This document shows positions 39,706-50,424 of a stretch of DNA of 64,000 nt, piece after piece. A program made the translations under genes and the position numbers. Source of the DNA: Candidatus Hydrogenedentota bacterium (lineage in GTDB: Bacteria; Hydrogenedentota; Hydrogenedentia; Hydrogenedentales; SLHB01); the NCBI GenBank assembly GCA_045863335.1, contig BTVY01000001.1, forward strand, positions 40,571-104,570, given 5' to 3'. The first letter of the stretch is position 1, and each line of letters starts with the position of its first letter. Under the pieces are notes generated by a model that made no database searches, was not told the origin of the DNA, and saw only the letters and a list, made by a program, of their open reading frames with translations.

Positions 39706-41319
39706 TTAATGATCGGTGCAACCCGCGCCGAGCCGGGCCTTCAATAACTCCGATTTGACCAGATAACTTTCCGACACGACGATCTCGTCTTCCGGCCGAA
39801 GTCCCGCGAGAACCATGACTTGCCCCTCGGTGTTCGGACCGAGTTGGACGACGCGGCTTTCGAACAGGTCATCCTCCAACTTGGTGAAAATTACCGATCG
39901 CCCATCGATGTTCTGCACGGCGCCCTTGGGCACGGTCAACCCGGCGAGCTGTTCCGTCGCCGCAAGTTTGACCGTCGCGAACATGCCGTGGCGCAGCCGC
40001 TCGCCATCGTTGGGAAGCACAGCGCGCGCCTCCACCTTGCGCGTATCGAGGTTGACGTCAAAGGCGACCCACGTCAATTCGCCCTCGAAGACATCGCTTG
40101 GAAACGCTTCGACGCGCGCGGCAACCGGCATACCTTGTTGAAGCGTGCCGAGGTGACTTTCCGGAATGGATAGTTCCAGCCACATGGAACTCAGGTCAGC
40201 CACTTGAAACAGCGCGTCGCCCATCTCCACGGCAGATCCCGCGACCGCGTCCCGTTTGACAATCGTCCCGTCAAAAGGCGCCCGGACGGGCATGACCGAC
40301 GTTGTCGATCCCGACTGCGCCACTTCGGAAACCTCGGCCTCCGTGAAACCGAGATTCATGAGCTGTTGCCGCGCCTGTTGCGTGTCGCTGCGGCTGGCGC
40401 CGTAGGCCGCCTTCGCGGAATCCAGATCTTGTTGGGGAGAGATCTCGCGCGATACGAGATCCTTCTCTCGCGTGTACGTTTGCCGGTGGAGTTCTTCCTG
40501 GGCTAACGCGCTGACCAAAGCACTCTTCGCCTGGGCGATAGCGGGCGAATTGATTCGAGCGATGACCTGACCGGCCTCCACGCGATCGCCCACGTCCACC
40601 AGTACGCTCTCCAGCACGCCGCCCGCGAGCGGAGTCACCATGGCCAACTTGTTGCGGTCAAAGGTGACGCGTCCGACCACTTCCAGCGTGTCAAACATGG
40701 CCGACGAACCCGGACGCCCCACCTCCACCCCGGCTTTGTCGACCGAGGTGTTGGACACGAACCGAACCTTCATCCCCTGACCGGGCTCCAGGCCACCCAC
40801 CAGTTCAGGATGGCACAGCCCGCATTCGGATTCCGCCAGGTCATGCTCGGTGCACCATAGGCCTGCAGTATCCCCGCCGTGAGAATGACCGTCGTGTTCC
40901 TTCTCACCAGCCAGTTCCGGATGGCAAATCGTACATTCGTCTTCGTACACGCCATGCTCGTTGCACCACAGCCGGTTCGGATCGCGCTCTTCGGAGGTCT
41001 TCTCTGCAATCTCCGGATGGCAAATCACGCACTCGTCTTCGTACACGCCATGCTCGTTGCACCACAGCCGGTTCGGGTCGCGTTCTTCTTGTGCGCTTGC
41101 ACCCGCGGCGTCATGGTCGTGACCGTGACCGTCATGATCGTGAACATCATCACCGTGGTCGTGTTGCTCCTGTGGAGAAGCTTGGGCTTCGTCCAAGTTC
41201 TGAACGTCACACCCGGAAAAGGTCAGAGCCGCTGTAGCTATCAATAAAGACAGCATCCAAAACAAAGCTGACTCAGACAGGCGGAATCGCCTTGCAAGAG
41301 GTTTACTGTTTCTGTTCAT
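39706..41319 (-). CDS. czcB: CzcB-like RND periplasmic adaptor with His-rich tract and three Cys/His metal-binding repeats
   Basis: FSG-C lipobox-like signal; HDHGDDVHDHDGHGHDHD; WCxEHxxxExECxxCHP three times; biotinyl-lipoyl-like and beta-barrel MFP domains. Confidence 0.88.
   Translation of the reverse strand: MNRNSKPLARRFRLSESALFWMLSLLIATAALTFSGCDVQNLDEAQASPQEQHDHGDDVHDHDGHGHDHDAAGASAQEERDPNRLWCNEHGVYEDECVICHPEIAEKTSEERDPNRLWCNEHGVYEDECTICHPELAGEKEHDGHSHGGDTAGLWCTEHDLAESECGLCHPELVGGLEPGQGMKVRFVSNTSVDKAGVEVGRPGSSAMFDTLEVVGRVTFDRNKLAMVTPLAGGVLESVLVDVGDRVEAGQVIARINSPAIAQAKSALVSALAQEELHRQTYTREKDLVSREISPQQDLDSAKAAYGASRSDTQQARQQLMNLGFTEAEVSEVAQSGSTTSVMPVRAPFDGTIVKRDAVAGSAVEMGDALFQVADLSSMWLELSIPESHLGTLQQGMPVAARVEAFPSDVFEGELTWVAFDVNLDTRKVEARAVLPNDGERLRHGMFATVKLAATEQLAGLTVPKGAVQNIDGRSVIFTKLEDDLFESRVVQLGPNTEGQVMVLAGLRPEDEIVVSESYLVKSELLKARLGAGCTDH
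40916..41088 (-). repeat. Intragenic direct repeat, about 77 nt at 96-nt period
   Basis: 40916-40992 and 41012-41088 both encode EERDPNRLWCNEHGVYEDECxICHPE. Confidence 0.9.
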
Positions 41320-42823
41320 CGGAAATCTCCTCTGTAACCGGCGCCTGGCCGGTGAGTCGTTCTATATCCACGTTGGCCGTGTGATACCTCGTCAACGCGT
41401 CCAACCTCGCAATCTGGGCATCAAACAGCGTTCGTTGCGCATCCAGCACGTCGAGGTAGCTGAACTTGCCCAGCTCATACCCTTCGCGCGTTTTCTCCAC
41501 GGTTTCCCGCGCCTTGGCGAGGATTTCGCTCTCCAGCGACTGCAATTCGTCATACGCGGCTTCTGCGGTTTCGCGGGACTCCACCAACACCGCGTGAACC
41601 GCCACCGCGGCCCCCCGGCGCTCTTCCGACACCTTGGATGCCAGCGCTTCCGCTTCTGCGATGTTCCCTTGATTCCGGTCGAAGATGGGGAGCGCCACAG
41701 AAACGCCGAACAGCACGCTGTACTCCGCGTCGCGATCCGAATCGACGTCCGTCTGCGAAAATGAAAGGGCGCCGTCCGTGTCGCCACCGATTTGCGAAAC
41801 GGACCGGCCCGCGATCCCTTGTCGCTTCACGCCGAACACGACTTCCGGATCGGGGATACGCTTAGCGCGTTCCAGGTGAAACCGCGCGTCGCGAACCGAC
41901 AACTCTGTCGCCCAGCGCGCCAAGTCCGGGTTCTGCTCGAGACGTTCGATCAGTTGTTCCATTGGCGCCACGGGGGCCACGCCATCAAGGTCGCCCGCGA
42001 CCTCGGTATACAAGACTTGTGTTCCGCCCCATTGGGCCGCGAGTCTCGCTTGCGCGATTCGGAGTTCACGTACCGCGTTGGCCAACGCGATGGCCGTCGT
42101 CGACTCCGCGATCTGGGCGCGATTGTTCTCGAGCGGGGAAACCTGCCCCGCGTCGACGCGCGCCGCCATCGTGCGTGCCACGTCTTCCGCCAGCGCGACC
42201 AGATCCCGTTCCTGCTTGATCCGCTCCTGCGCGACGAGCACGTCAACAAAGGCCCGGGCCGTTTCCGCAATCACGTCGGCCCGCGCGGCTTCGTAGTCCC
42301 ATTGCACAAGTTGCTTCTCTTCTTCGGCGAGGGCAACGCGTTTCGCGCGTTTCCCGCCCAGCTCGATCACCTGCGAGATGCTCAGCGTAATCTCGGTTTC
42401 CGCGAACCCGGACGGTCCGCCCGACTCCTGCTCCAATTCGCCGCCGAACACAGGCTCCACGCGCGGGAATGTGAGTTCCAGCGGTTCCGCCTGCCCGTTC
42501 GTCGGGACCGTTACCGTGCGCTCGCCGAGGCTCCCGCCGAGGGTCCGCGTCCGTGACGTGGCGCCGGGCCCCGAGTTGAGCCGGATGTCCTCGATCTCGA
42601 ATTCGAGTTCCGGGTTAGGCCGCAGGCTTGCCTGCAACACGCGCGCATCCGCCGCGCGCAGGTCCCAATCAAACGCCGCGAGCTTAGGACTCCCTTGCAG
42701 CGCCGCGTGGATTGCACTCTCCAGCGTAAGCGTGCCGCTAGGCTCCGTGAATGCTTCCTGCCCCTGCGCGATTAGCGCTGCGAAGAGAAAGCCGAGTACC
42801 CCCCGAAGGGGTTGGAAAGACAT
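41303..42823 (-). CDS. czcC: TolC/CzcC-family outer membrane efflux protein
   Basis: PNPELE, SQVIELGGKR, LPIFDRNQGNI, YLDVLDAQRTL; 17-nt overlap with czcB. Confidence 0.9.
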   Translation of the reverse strand: MSFQPLRGVLGFLFAALIAQGQEAFTEPSGTLTLESAIHAALQGSPKLAAFDWDLRAADARVLQASLRPNPELEFEIEDIRLNSGPGATSRTRTLGGSLGERTVTVPTNGQAEPLELTFPRVEPVFGGELEQESGGPSGFAETEITLSISQVIELGGKRAKRVALAEEEKQLVQWDYEAARADVIAETARAFVDVLVAQERIKQERDLVALAEDVARTMAARVDAGQVSPLENNRAQIAESTTAIALANAVRELRIAQARLAAQWGGTQVLYTEVAGDLDGVAPVAPMEQLIERLEQNPDLARWATELSVRDARFHLERAKRIPDPEVVFGVKRQGIAGRSVSQIGGDTDGALSFSQTDVDSDRDAEYSVLFGVSVALPIFDRNQGNIAEAEALASKVSEERRGAAVAVHAVLVESRETAEAAYDELQSLESEILAKARETVEKTREGYELGKFSYLDVLDAQRTLFDAQIARLDALTRYHTANVDIERLTGQAPVTEEISDEQKQ

Positions 42824-42898
42824 GATCGAAACTCCTCGAATGCACCCGAAGGTGCAGAACACCCGTAATGGACTTACTGGGAACGTCGAGAAGTTCGA

Positions 42899-43357
42899 TC
42901 AGATGAGAAGAACAGTGGAACGGGAGTGCAGGATCTCGAAAGGCAAGATAGGCAAATCTACTGCGACGACACGTGCCGAGGCGGCGAAGATTTCACCTCC
43001 AGCCACACATGGTAGATCGGCCGTTACGCTATGCGATGGTGGCGGTGCCGAAGTCTTAACAGGGACGAGCAGCGGCTTGCCGGAATAGAGCAGCAACGGA
43101 ACATCCACACAAGGATGCTCCTCGTTCGCGTCCGCGCATACAAGCAGGTCGCCGGCATTGGCCGCGTCCATGGCGAAATCATCGGGACAGCAGTCCAGCG
43201 GTTGGCAGGTCGTTTCCAGGCTCACGTGCCCGTCGTGGCACACGCACAGAACAAGCCCTCCCGCCCACGCCGGACCGCCCGTGAGAAACATCACACACGC
43301 CAGCGCCGCGAGGCACAGGGTTCGCCTTCCACTATTTCGACCGATGTAAACCATCAC
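42899..43357 (-). CDS. Exported Cys/His-rich hypothetical protein heading the czc operon
   Basis: Signal peptide; LVLCVCHDGHVSLE, CC, HPCVD; ends in STVLLI. Confidence 0.6.
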   Translation of the reverse strand: MMVYIGRNSGRRTLCLAALACVMFLTGGPAWAGGLVLCVCHDGHVSLETTCQPLDCCPDDFAMDAANAGDLLVCADANEEHPCVDVPLLLYSGKPLLVPVKTSAPPPSHSVTADLPCVAGGEIFAASARVVAVDLPILPFEILHSRSTVLLI

Positions 43358-43422
43358 AACCGTTATTGTACAGAAACCCGCCGGAACTGTCTACACCAAG
43401 TCCAACAGCATCAAATGTTTCT

Positions 43423-45504
43423 CTATTCCCCGCGCTCCACGTTCACCGGCCAGGTTACGCGGTCCGGAGACTCGTAGAGTCCAATCTTCTCCACCGGAAT
43501 CGGCTTAAACCCCATGGCGAAGGCGGGCGAATCCTCATTCAAACGGAAGTCCTGCTGCGCCGCGTTCACGAAGTGCGGGTCTTCCTGGATGAGATTATTC
43601 TCGATCGTCTGGTACGGCCGCGCCTTGTCCTCGACCTCGTCCCAGGTGCCGCCCCAACAGATGTTGCGCGTAATGATATTGCCCTCGGGCGCTTTCGGCT
43701 CGCCTTCCATGATGCGCAGCAAGGCGGGATACCGGGTACTGTACGGCGGTTTCTTGTAATCGATTCCGGAGATGGTCCCCTTCTCCTTCTCTTCCGCGAT
43801 CCATTCGTCCGCATGGCCGTTCGCCCAACCCAGGGCGCGCGCATCGATGTGCAAGGCCGGCTTGCAGTCCACGAAGATGTTGTTCGCCACCGTGCAATCG
43901 CGACCGCCGCCGATGAACGCCGCGCGCGTCACCTTGTAGAACACGTTGCTCACGATGTCAGCGGAAGAGAACATGTCGTCGAGGTAGACGCCCACGCAGC
44001 CCTTGTCCTGGAACCCGCTGATGTGGTGGAGATAATTGTTCTGGATGAGGTTGCCGCGCATGGTCCAGTTACGGCCCGTGTAGATTGCTCCCGCGTCGTT
44101 GGACTCGTAACACACGTTGAAGATCTCGTTGAACTCGATGAGATGATCGTTTCCGCCAAAGCCCATCCCCATGTGCGGCGCGTCGTGAATGAGGTTGTGC
44201 GTCGCCTTGTTGCCCACGCCCTGCAGTGTGATGCCGGGGTTGTACATACGGTTGATCCGGCTGTACTCGTAGATGTGATTGTTGTCCGCGTAGTGGTCGC
44301 CTCGCGCCAGGGTGTTCCGGTCGCCTCCGCTCAACGAGATCCCGCCTCCGCCGGTCTGGTAGATGTCGCAGCCGACGACCCCGTGTTCGGTACCGCCCCC
44401 GACGCTCACCGCCCAGCCGCCGAGATTCCGAATCGTGCACGCCTCGACGCGGTTCCTCGTGCCGTCCGAAATGCGAATCGCCGTGTCGCGGCCCGTTTCC
44501 AGTGTGAACCCGCGCAGGGTCACATACGACGCGCCTTCCAACTGGAACAGCGTAGGCACGATGGTGACCACCACGTCGCCGTCGGCAATCGGTTCCGGAG
44601 GCCAGAAGTACAACACACCCGTCTCGCGATCGAGGTACCATTCGCCAGGCGAATCGAGTTCGATGAGGAGGTTATACCCGTAGAACCATTGGCCCTTGCG
44701 GTAGCCGTAGCCGTGGTACGGCTCGGCCACGTCGATCTCATGCTTCTCCACGTCGATTGCCGCGATCTGCTGCCGCTGATCGGACCAGTCCCAGAACCAG
44801 TAACCATGCACCCACGGGTCCTTCTCGCCCACCCACCGCGCCGGCCGGTCGCCCTCGTAAATGAACTTGCCCACTGTACTGCCGGGTATGCCGTGGATTT
44901 TGTGCCCGTCGTCCACGACGAGATCGGCGATGTGCGTGAACTCATCGTTCGGCCAACGCGACAACGTCATCGGCTGGTCGCGGAAGAAAACCTCCATCCC
45001 GCCGCCCGCGGGCGAGCCGAAGTCTTCGATCCCCATGGCACGCAGGTCCGCCTTGACCGCATGCTCCCGCGCCGACGGATCGAGCCGTTCCAGTTCTGCC
45101 GCATCCGTCACCGGCGCAAACGCGTTCACCACGCGCCCGCCGCTGATCCGCACCGCTTCGCCCTCTGCCGCGACGTACGTCACGCGCGCCTGCTCCGTGC
45201 CGGAATCCTCGCCGCTGAGAACCAGCGCCTCGCCAAACTCATACCGCCCCCCATGCACGACAACCCGAACGCCGTCCTCCGGTAGTCCCGCGTCGGCCTT
45301 CATCCGCCGCACCGCGTCCCGCGCCCGCACCAGCGTCGCAAACGGCCCATCCGTCCCCTCCGCATTCGGAGCCGCGAGCGTCCCCGACCAGGCATCGTTT
45401 CCGGCTTGGGATACGTGAATCGCGCTATCCTGCGCCCAGCTCACAGTCGCTGCGGCAATCAGCGCAGCGCAAACAACGGTTAAATACGGCACACGCGTAA
45501 TCAT
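43423..45504 (-). CDS. Secreted right-handed parallel beta-helix protein (GH141-like)
   Basis: Signal peptide; [40 protein letters not shown]. Confidence 0.8.
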   Translation of the reverse strand: MITRVPYLTVVCAALIAAATVSWAQDSAIHVSQAGNDAWSGTLAAPNAEGTDGPFATLVRARDAVRRMKADAGLPEDGVRVVVHGGRYEFGEALVLSGEDSGTEQARVTYVAAEGEAVRISGGRVVNAFAPVTDAAELERLDPSAREHAVKADLRAMGIEDFGSPAGGGMEVFFRDQPMTLSRWPNDEFTHIADLVVDDGHKIHGIPGSTVGKFIYEGDRPARWVGEKDPWVHGYWFWDWSDQRQQIAAIDVEKHEIDVAEPYHGYGYRKGQWFYGYNLLIELDSPGEWYLDRETGVLYFWPPEPIADGDVVVTIVPTLFQLEGASYVTLRGFTLETGRDTAIRISDGTRNRVEACTIRNLGGWAVSVGGGTEHGVVGCDIYQTGGGGISLSGGDRNTLARGDHYADNNHIYEYSRINRMYNPGITLQGVGNKATHNLIHDAPHMGMGFGGNDHLIEFNEIFNVCYESNDAGAIYTGRNWTMRGNLIQNNYLHHISGFQDKGCVGVYLDDMFSSADIVSNVFYKVTRAAFIGGGRDCTVANNIFVDCKPALHIDARALGWANGHADEWIAEEKEKGTISGIDYKKPPYSTRYPALLRIMEGEPKAPEGNIITRNICWGGTWDEVEDKARPYQTIENNLIQEDPHFVNAAQQDFRLNEDSPAFAMGFKPIPVEKIGLYESPDRVTWPVNVERGE

Positions 45505-45603
45505 GGTATTCTTACTCCCCGATGTTCCCCCGCAAGAACGGGCTATCAGTCACCGCATTATGCCAACACGGACCGGTTGAAGAAAATGGGAGGACTCGTT
45601 GAG

Positions 45604-48045
45604 ATGAGCCGATGGATCATGGCGCTAGTCGCAACAGGGGTATTGGCCGCGCAGGAAATTCCGCAAGCGGAAAATCGTTCGGCCTCCCTGTGGTACACGC
45701 AACCCGCAGCGGTGTGGACCGAGGCCTTGCCCGTGGGCAACGGCCGCCTCGGCGCGATGGTCTTCGGCGGGGTGGCCCGGGAACGCATTCAGCTCAACGA
45801 AGACAGCCTGTGGTCGGGCGGGCCGCAGTTTGCCGACAATCCGGACGCGCTGAAGCATCTCGCTGAAGTCCGCGCATTGTTGCTCGAAGGCAAGTACGCA
45901 GAAGCGGAAGCGCTCACGTACGAGACGCTCGTCTGCCAGGGCGCGGGGTCGGGCCGGGGAAACGGCGCGTATGTACCCTTCGGTTCGTACCAGACGCTCG
46001 GCGATATTCTTCTCGACTTCGGTGCCGATCCGACTGCGGTCGAGTCGTACGTCCGTACGCTGGACCTGGACACCGCGATTGCATCGGTCCAATACCAGCT
46101 TGGCGAGACCACCTACACCCGCGAGATCTTCAGCAGCGCACCGGATCAGTCGCTCGTGATGCGGATTACCGCCGACGCGCCGGGCGCCGTATCCTTTCGC
46201 GCCAGTCTCGACCGTGACCCGCGTCGTAGCTCGCGCCGCTGGAAGAACGACTCCCGCATCGAGCCTTTCGAGCAATCCGAAGAAACGGAGCCGGCCAACT
46301 TCGCGCGCGTTGAGAATGGCACGACCCTCGTCCTGACGGGCCGTGCCTGGATGGGCAAGGGGATGCGCTACGAAGCGCGCCTCCTGATTCGTCCCGAAGG
46401 CGGTCACCTCGAATCGAGCGATGGCATCATCACCGTTCGCGACGCGGACGCAGTCACGATGCTTCTCGTCGCCGCGACGGACTACGCCGGCAACGACCCA
46501 ACAGCCACGTGCGAACGGCAGGTGGCTCAGGTTGCCAACAAGGACTATGCCGGCCTTCGCGCCGCCCACCTGCGCGATTACCAAAACCTGTACAACCGCG
46601 TCAGCATCGACCTCGGCGGCGAAACGGCCGCCGCAGCGCAACCCACGGACGCCCGCATCGCCGCCGTCCAATCCGGCGCCGACGATCCGGCGCTGGCCGC
46701 GCTCTATTTTCAGTACGGCCGCTACCTGCTCATCTCCAGTTCGCGCCCCGGCGACCTGCCCGCGAACCTGCAAGGAATCTGGTGCGATCATTTCCAGGCG
46801 CCGTGGAACGCCGATTACCACCACAACATCAACGACCAGATGAACTATTGGCCCGCGGAGGTCACGAATCTTGCGGAATGCCACGAGCCATTTCTTGAAT
46901 ACATTGCGTCGCTCCAGACACCCGGCAGCCGCACGGCACGCATTCACTACGACGCCGGTGGTTGGGTGGTCCATACCATCTCCAACATCTGGGGATTCAC
47001 CTCCCCCGGCGAGCACCCGTCCTGGGGACAGTTCATGGCCGCAAGCGGGTGGCTCTGCCAGCATCTCTGGGAACACTACGCCTACAACGGCGACGGCGAC
47101 TACCTCGCGTCGGTGTATCCCGTCATGAAAGGCGCGGCGGAGTTCTATCTGGACACCCTGATCGAAGAACCGGACCACGGCTGGCTCGTCACCGCGCCGT
47201 CCAACTCGCCGGAGAACAAGTTCCGCACCGCCGACGGCGTGGAAGCGAACGTCTGCATGGGGCCTTCCATGGATCTGGAAATCCTGCACGATCTCTTCTC
47301 GAACTGCATCGAAGCCAGCGAGATTCTCGATACCGATGAAGATTTCCGCGCGACACTAATCGACACACGCTCGCGCCTCGCGCCGCTCCAGATCGGAAAA
47401 CACGGTCAGCTTCAGGAATGGCTCTACGACTTCGACGAGCCTGAACCGGGCCACCGTCACATGTCCCACCTCTTTGCCCTGCACCCCGGCAGCCAGATCA
47501 CCCGCACCGGCACCCCCGAACTCGCGCAGGCCGCCGAGGTCTCGCTGCGACGCCGACTCGAAAGCGGCGGAGGCCACACGGGCTGGAGCCGCGCGTGGAT
47601 TGTCAGCTTCTGGGCGCGCCTCGGCAACGGCGACGAAGCCCGCGAAAACCTGAACGCCCTGCTGGCAAAGTCCACCCTGCCGAACCTCTTCGACAACCAC
47701 GCCCCCTTCCAGATCGACGGCAACTTCGGCGGCACCGCCGGCGTCGCGGAGATGCTGCTGCAAAGCCATGACGGCGCAATTGCATTACTGCCGGCCTTAC
47801 CCGCAGCGTGGCCGAACGGCCACGTCGCTGGTCTCCGCGCCCGCGGTGGGTTCACAGTCGACGTTGGCTGGAATGGAGGACAATTGACTGAAGCGACCAT
47901 CGTTGCCGATCGCGATGGGCCTTGCTTGGTTCGGCTAGACAACCCATTGCGTGTGTTTCAAGAAGAGCGGGAAGTAGCCGTCTTGGAGCCCGGCATTGCA
48001 GTCTTCGAAGCGCGGCGCGCTGTGTCGTACACGCTCCGGCCATAG
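45604..48045 (+). CDS. Glycoside hydrolase family 95 (alpha-L-fucosidase)
   Basis: [50 protein letters not shown]. Confidence 0.95.
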   Translation: MSRWIMALVATGVLAAQEIPQAENRSASLWYTQPAAVWTEALPVGNGRLGAMVFGGVARERIQLNEDSLWSGGPQFADNPDALKHLAEVRALLLEGKYAEAEALTYETLVCQGAGSGRGNGAYVPFGSYQTLGDILLDFGADPTAVESYVRTLDLDTAIASVQYQLGETTYTREIFSSAPDQSLVMRITADAPGAVSFRASLDRDPRRSSRRWKNDSRIEPFEQSEETEPANFARVENGTTLVLTGRAWMGKGMRYEARLLIRPEGGHLESSDGIITVRDADAVTMLLVAATDYAGNDPTATCERQVAQVANKDYAGLRAAHLRDYQNLYNRVSIDLGGETAAAAQPTDARIAAVQSGADDPALAALYFQYGRYLLISSSRPGDLPANLQGIWCDHFQAPWNADYHHNINDQMNYWPAEVTNLAECHEPFLEYIASLQTPGSRTARIHYDAGGWVVHTISNIWGFTSPGEHPSWGQFMAASGWLCQHLWEHYAYNGDGDYLASVYPVMKGAAEFYLDTLIEEPDHGWLVTAPSNSPENKFRTADGVEANVCMGPSMDLEILHDLFSNCIEASEILDTDEDFRATLIDTRSRLAPLQIGKHGQLQEWLYDFDEPEPGHRHMSHLFALHPGSQITRTGTPELAQAAEVSLRRRLESGGGHTGWSRAWIVSFWARLGNGDEARENLNALLAKSTLPNLFDNHAPFQIDGNFGGTAGVAEMLLQSHDGAIALLPALPAAWPNGHVAGLRARGGFTVDVGWNGGQLTEATIVADRDGPCLVRLDNPLRVFQEEREVAVLEPGIAVFEARRAVSYTLRP

Positions 48046-48091
48046 AATCATGCATACCCGCGGTCGAATTTCCCCAATTCTGGAGCTGGAA

Positions 48092-49180
48092 ATGCAGATC
48101 AAAGTACCACTGACTTTCTTAATAGCGATAACCGCAGTGTCGGCGACGGCGCAATCGCCACAATCGTCGAACCTGCCCGACCCGCTGCGCTTCGAAGACG
48201 GCACCCCGGTCGAGACACCGCAACAGTGGGAGAAGCGGCGCGATGAGATAATCGCTCTCCTGTTGACGATCGAATATGGCCACATACCGCCCGCGCCTGA
48301 CTCGATTCGTGCAGAATCGGAGTCGGCCGAGCGTGTCGAGGACGTTGGCGCGACGTTGCATCGCGCGAATCTCATGTTGGGGCCGCACCAAGACGTGCCG
48401 ATGCAGGTGGGTTACTACGTGCCGGAGCGCGGCGAGGCGCCGTTCCCGGTTGTACTCGCGGTCGAGCCCGTATGGGAAGAACATCTGCGTCCGGTCGCCA
48501 AGCTGTTTGCCTATGCGGGCTACGTTTTCGCCGGGTATCAACGCCACGACCTCGACCAGGACAACGCCGACCGCTCTGACGGGGTTCACCCTAAGTATCC
48601 CGACTACGACTGGGCATCCCTCGCGGTCTGGGCCTGGGGCGCGATGCGGGTCGTGGACTTTCTGGAAACGGTGGAGTCCGCGGATGTCGGCAGGCTTGCG
48701 ATCACCGGGCACTCCCGTGCGGGGAAAGTCGCTCTTCTTGCCGGTGCGCTCGACACGCGAATCGCGCTGACGGTCCCCCACGCTTCGGGCGCGGGGGGCG
48801 CGGGTTCGTTCCGCATCACAGAAAAGGGAGTCGAGACGCTCGAACTCATCACCGAGCCGGAGCGATTCCACTACTGGTTCCATCCCAATCTCGCGAAATT
48901 CGCGGGACGAGTGGACGAATTGCCTTTCGATCAGCATTTTCTGCGCGCGCTCGTGGCGCCCCGGGTCGTATTGAGCGTTGACGGTCTCGAGGACCAGTGG
49001 GCCAACCCGGCCGGTACCCGCGCGATGCGTGACGCGGCGCAACCGGTGTTCGACTTCCTGGGCGTCCCGGAGAATAACCGGGCCCATTTCCGGCCGGGTG
49101 GACACGACACCACCATGGAAGACTGGGACGTACTCCTGACGGTTGCCAACGAAATCCTGAAGGACCAATCGCCCAGGTAG
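48092..49180 (+). CDS. CE15-like glucuronyl esterase / alpha-beta hydrolase, secreted
   Basis: LPDPL, WAWG..R..DFL, GHSRAGK nucleophile motif, LPFDQH, D.WANP, GGH. Confidence 0.8.
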   Translation: MQIKVPLTFLIAITAVSATAQSPQSSNLPDPLRFEDGTPVETPQQWEKRRDEIIALLLTIEYGHIPPAPDSIRAESESAERVEDVGATLHRANLMLGPHQDVPMQVGYYVPERGEAPFPVVLAVEPVWEEHLRPVAKLFAYAGYVFAGYQRHDLDQDNADRSDGVHPKYPDYDWASLAVWAWGAMRVVDFLETVESADVGRLAITGHSRAGKVALLAGALDTRIALTVPHASGAGGAGSFRITEKGVETLELITEPERFHYWFHPNLAKFAGRVDELPFDQHFLRALVAPRVVLSVDGLEDQWANPAGTRAMRDAAQPVFDFLGVPENNRAHFRPGGHDTTMEDWDVLLTVANEILKDQSPR

Positions 49181-49224
49181 TTTCCATCCCCGGATTGGTC
49201 GAGCCCCGCGTCGCTGGGGCACAG

Positions 49225-49267
49225 AAAAAGGACGATGGCAGATTCCTCTCGGAACCTGCCACCGCCC
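49225..49267 (-). terminator. Rho-independent terminator of the PEP-CTERM gene
   Basis: Minus strand GGGCGGTGGCAGGTTCC-GAGA-GGAATCTGCCATCGTCC-TTTTT. Confidence 0.8.
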
Positions 49268-49308
49268 AGTTGAACGAGTCGGTCTACATAGGACCCTCTT
49301 GCGAGGGG

Positions 49309-50076
49309 CTAGGCCAAACGATTCTTCCGGAACTTCCGCACGGCAAGACCGGCGAGGCCAAGGCCAAGCAGCGCCATGGAGGAAGGTTCGGGGATCACGG
49401 TCCGGTTCAGCGTGAACTGAATCAGGATGTCGTTGTAATCCTGGTCACCGATATCTTCGTTGCCTGCGAAGTAGGTGAAGGGAAGATCTTCCCACGTCAA
49501 CACGTAGGTGTCGGTCATGCCAGGAACGGCCCACAACAGGACGTGCACTTCATCCGTACCCGTCGAGAACTGGCCGTTGTTCTGCTCTTTCTGGGAGTAC
49601 CACTCGAAGGTAAACGGCGAGGTCGGATCCTTCGCCTTGTCCAGGAAACCAATCTCACCCAAGCCGGACACGTTCACGTTCACGGCCGGTTCCGACAATG
49701 CACCCTGGCCGCTATTCGGGCCGGTGTTGTCAATCGGACCCACGATGTGCGTAAGCGGGGCCGGTTTCCCGATGTTGTCGACGTCGCTATACAAGTAAAT
49801 GTCGTCTTCCAGGTAGGACTGGCGATACACCGCCTCAAACGTAATGGATTCCACATCCGGGTCCAGAACGAAGGTCTGGAAGTCCATGACCTGCAACGCC
49901 AGGAACGCGGCGTCGTTGTTGCCGGTGTATGCAGTCCCATACAGCTCGTTGAAGATTTCGTACAACTCTTTTTCACCAACCGGGTTTGGCGTCCCCGGAA
50001 CGATGGTCGCTGCGAACGCCGTAGTAGACACGAACGCCACGAGCGCCAACGCAATCAACGCTCTCCTCAGTTTCAT
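49309..50076 (-). CDS. PEP-CTERM sorting-domain surface protein (DUF4114-like C-terminal region)
   Basis: Signal peptide; WEDL...GDQDYND; C-terminal IPEPSSMALLGLGLAGLAVRKFRK; AGGAG RBS. Confidence 0.9.
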   Translation of the reverse strand: MKLRRALIALALVAFVSTTAFAATIVPGTPNPVGEKELYEIFNELYGTAYTGNNDAAFLALQVMDFQTFVLDPDVESITFEAVYRQSYLEDDIYLYSDVDNIGKPAPLTHIVGPIDNTGPNSGQGALSEPAVNVNVSGLGEIGFLDKAKDPTSPFTFEWYSQKEQNNGQFSTGTDEVHVLLWAVPGMTDTYVLTWEDLPFTYFAGNEDIGDQDYNDILIQFTLNRTVIPEPSSMALLGLGLAGLAVRKFRKNRLA

Positions 50077-50227
50077 TGCTCGGTTTCTCCTTTAAGTTCC
50101 TATAGTCGCAGCCTAGCCACACACGCATTATCAATCTACTTCTGACACCCGATGACCCGTACCGGCCACCAGTCCAAAACCTGATCGCTATTGGTCTTGG
50201 TCAACCCTTGCGTCGGTGTTCATAGAG

Positions 50228-50244
50228 AGCACATTCCGTGCCAA
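50228..50244 (-). promoter_or_regulatory. Sigma54 -24/-12 promoter of the PEP-CTERM gene
   Basis: Minus strand TTGGCAC-GGAAT-GTGCT; AT-rich tract and a GATCA-N7-TGATC palindrome further upstream. Confidence 0.7.
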
Positions 50245-50424
50245 AGCTCACACTTACTACGTAACTTTCTTTATAATAAGCCTTTACAAACATGCGACGG
50301 ATCAGTATCCCTGATCAATCCATGCCTTTCCGATCATTAAGTTTGTCACAAGAGAGGAATTATTACTCCAGGAAGGTAAACTAATGATGTTATTCAAACA
50401 TCTTCTTCGCTCCGCTGAGCGGAA

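Noticed and set aside
43423-49180. Beta-helix protein, GH95 and CE15 cluster as a novel polysaccharide locus
   Set aside because: These are common enzyme families in such genomes, with no transporter or regulator linked; nothing unusual seen.
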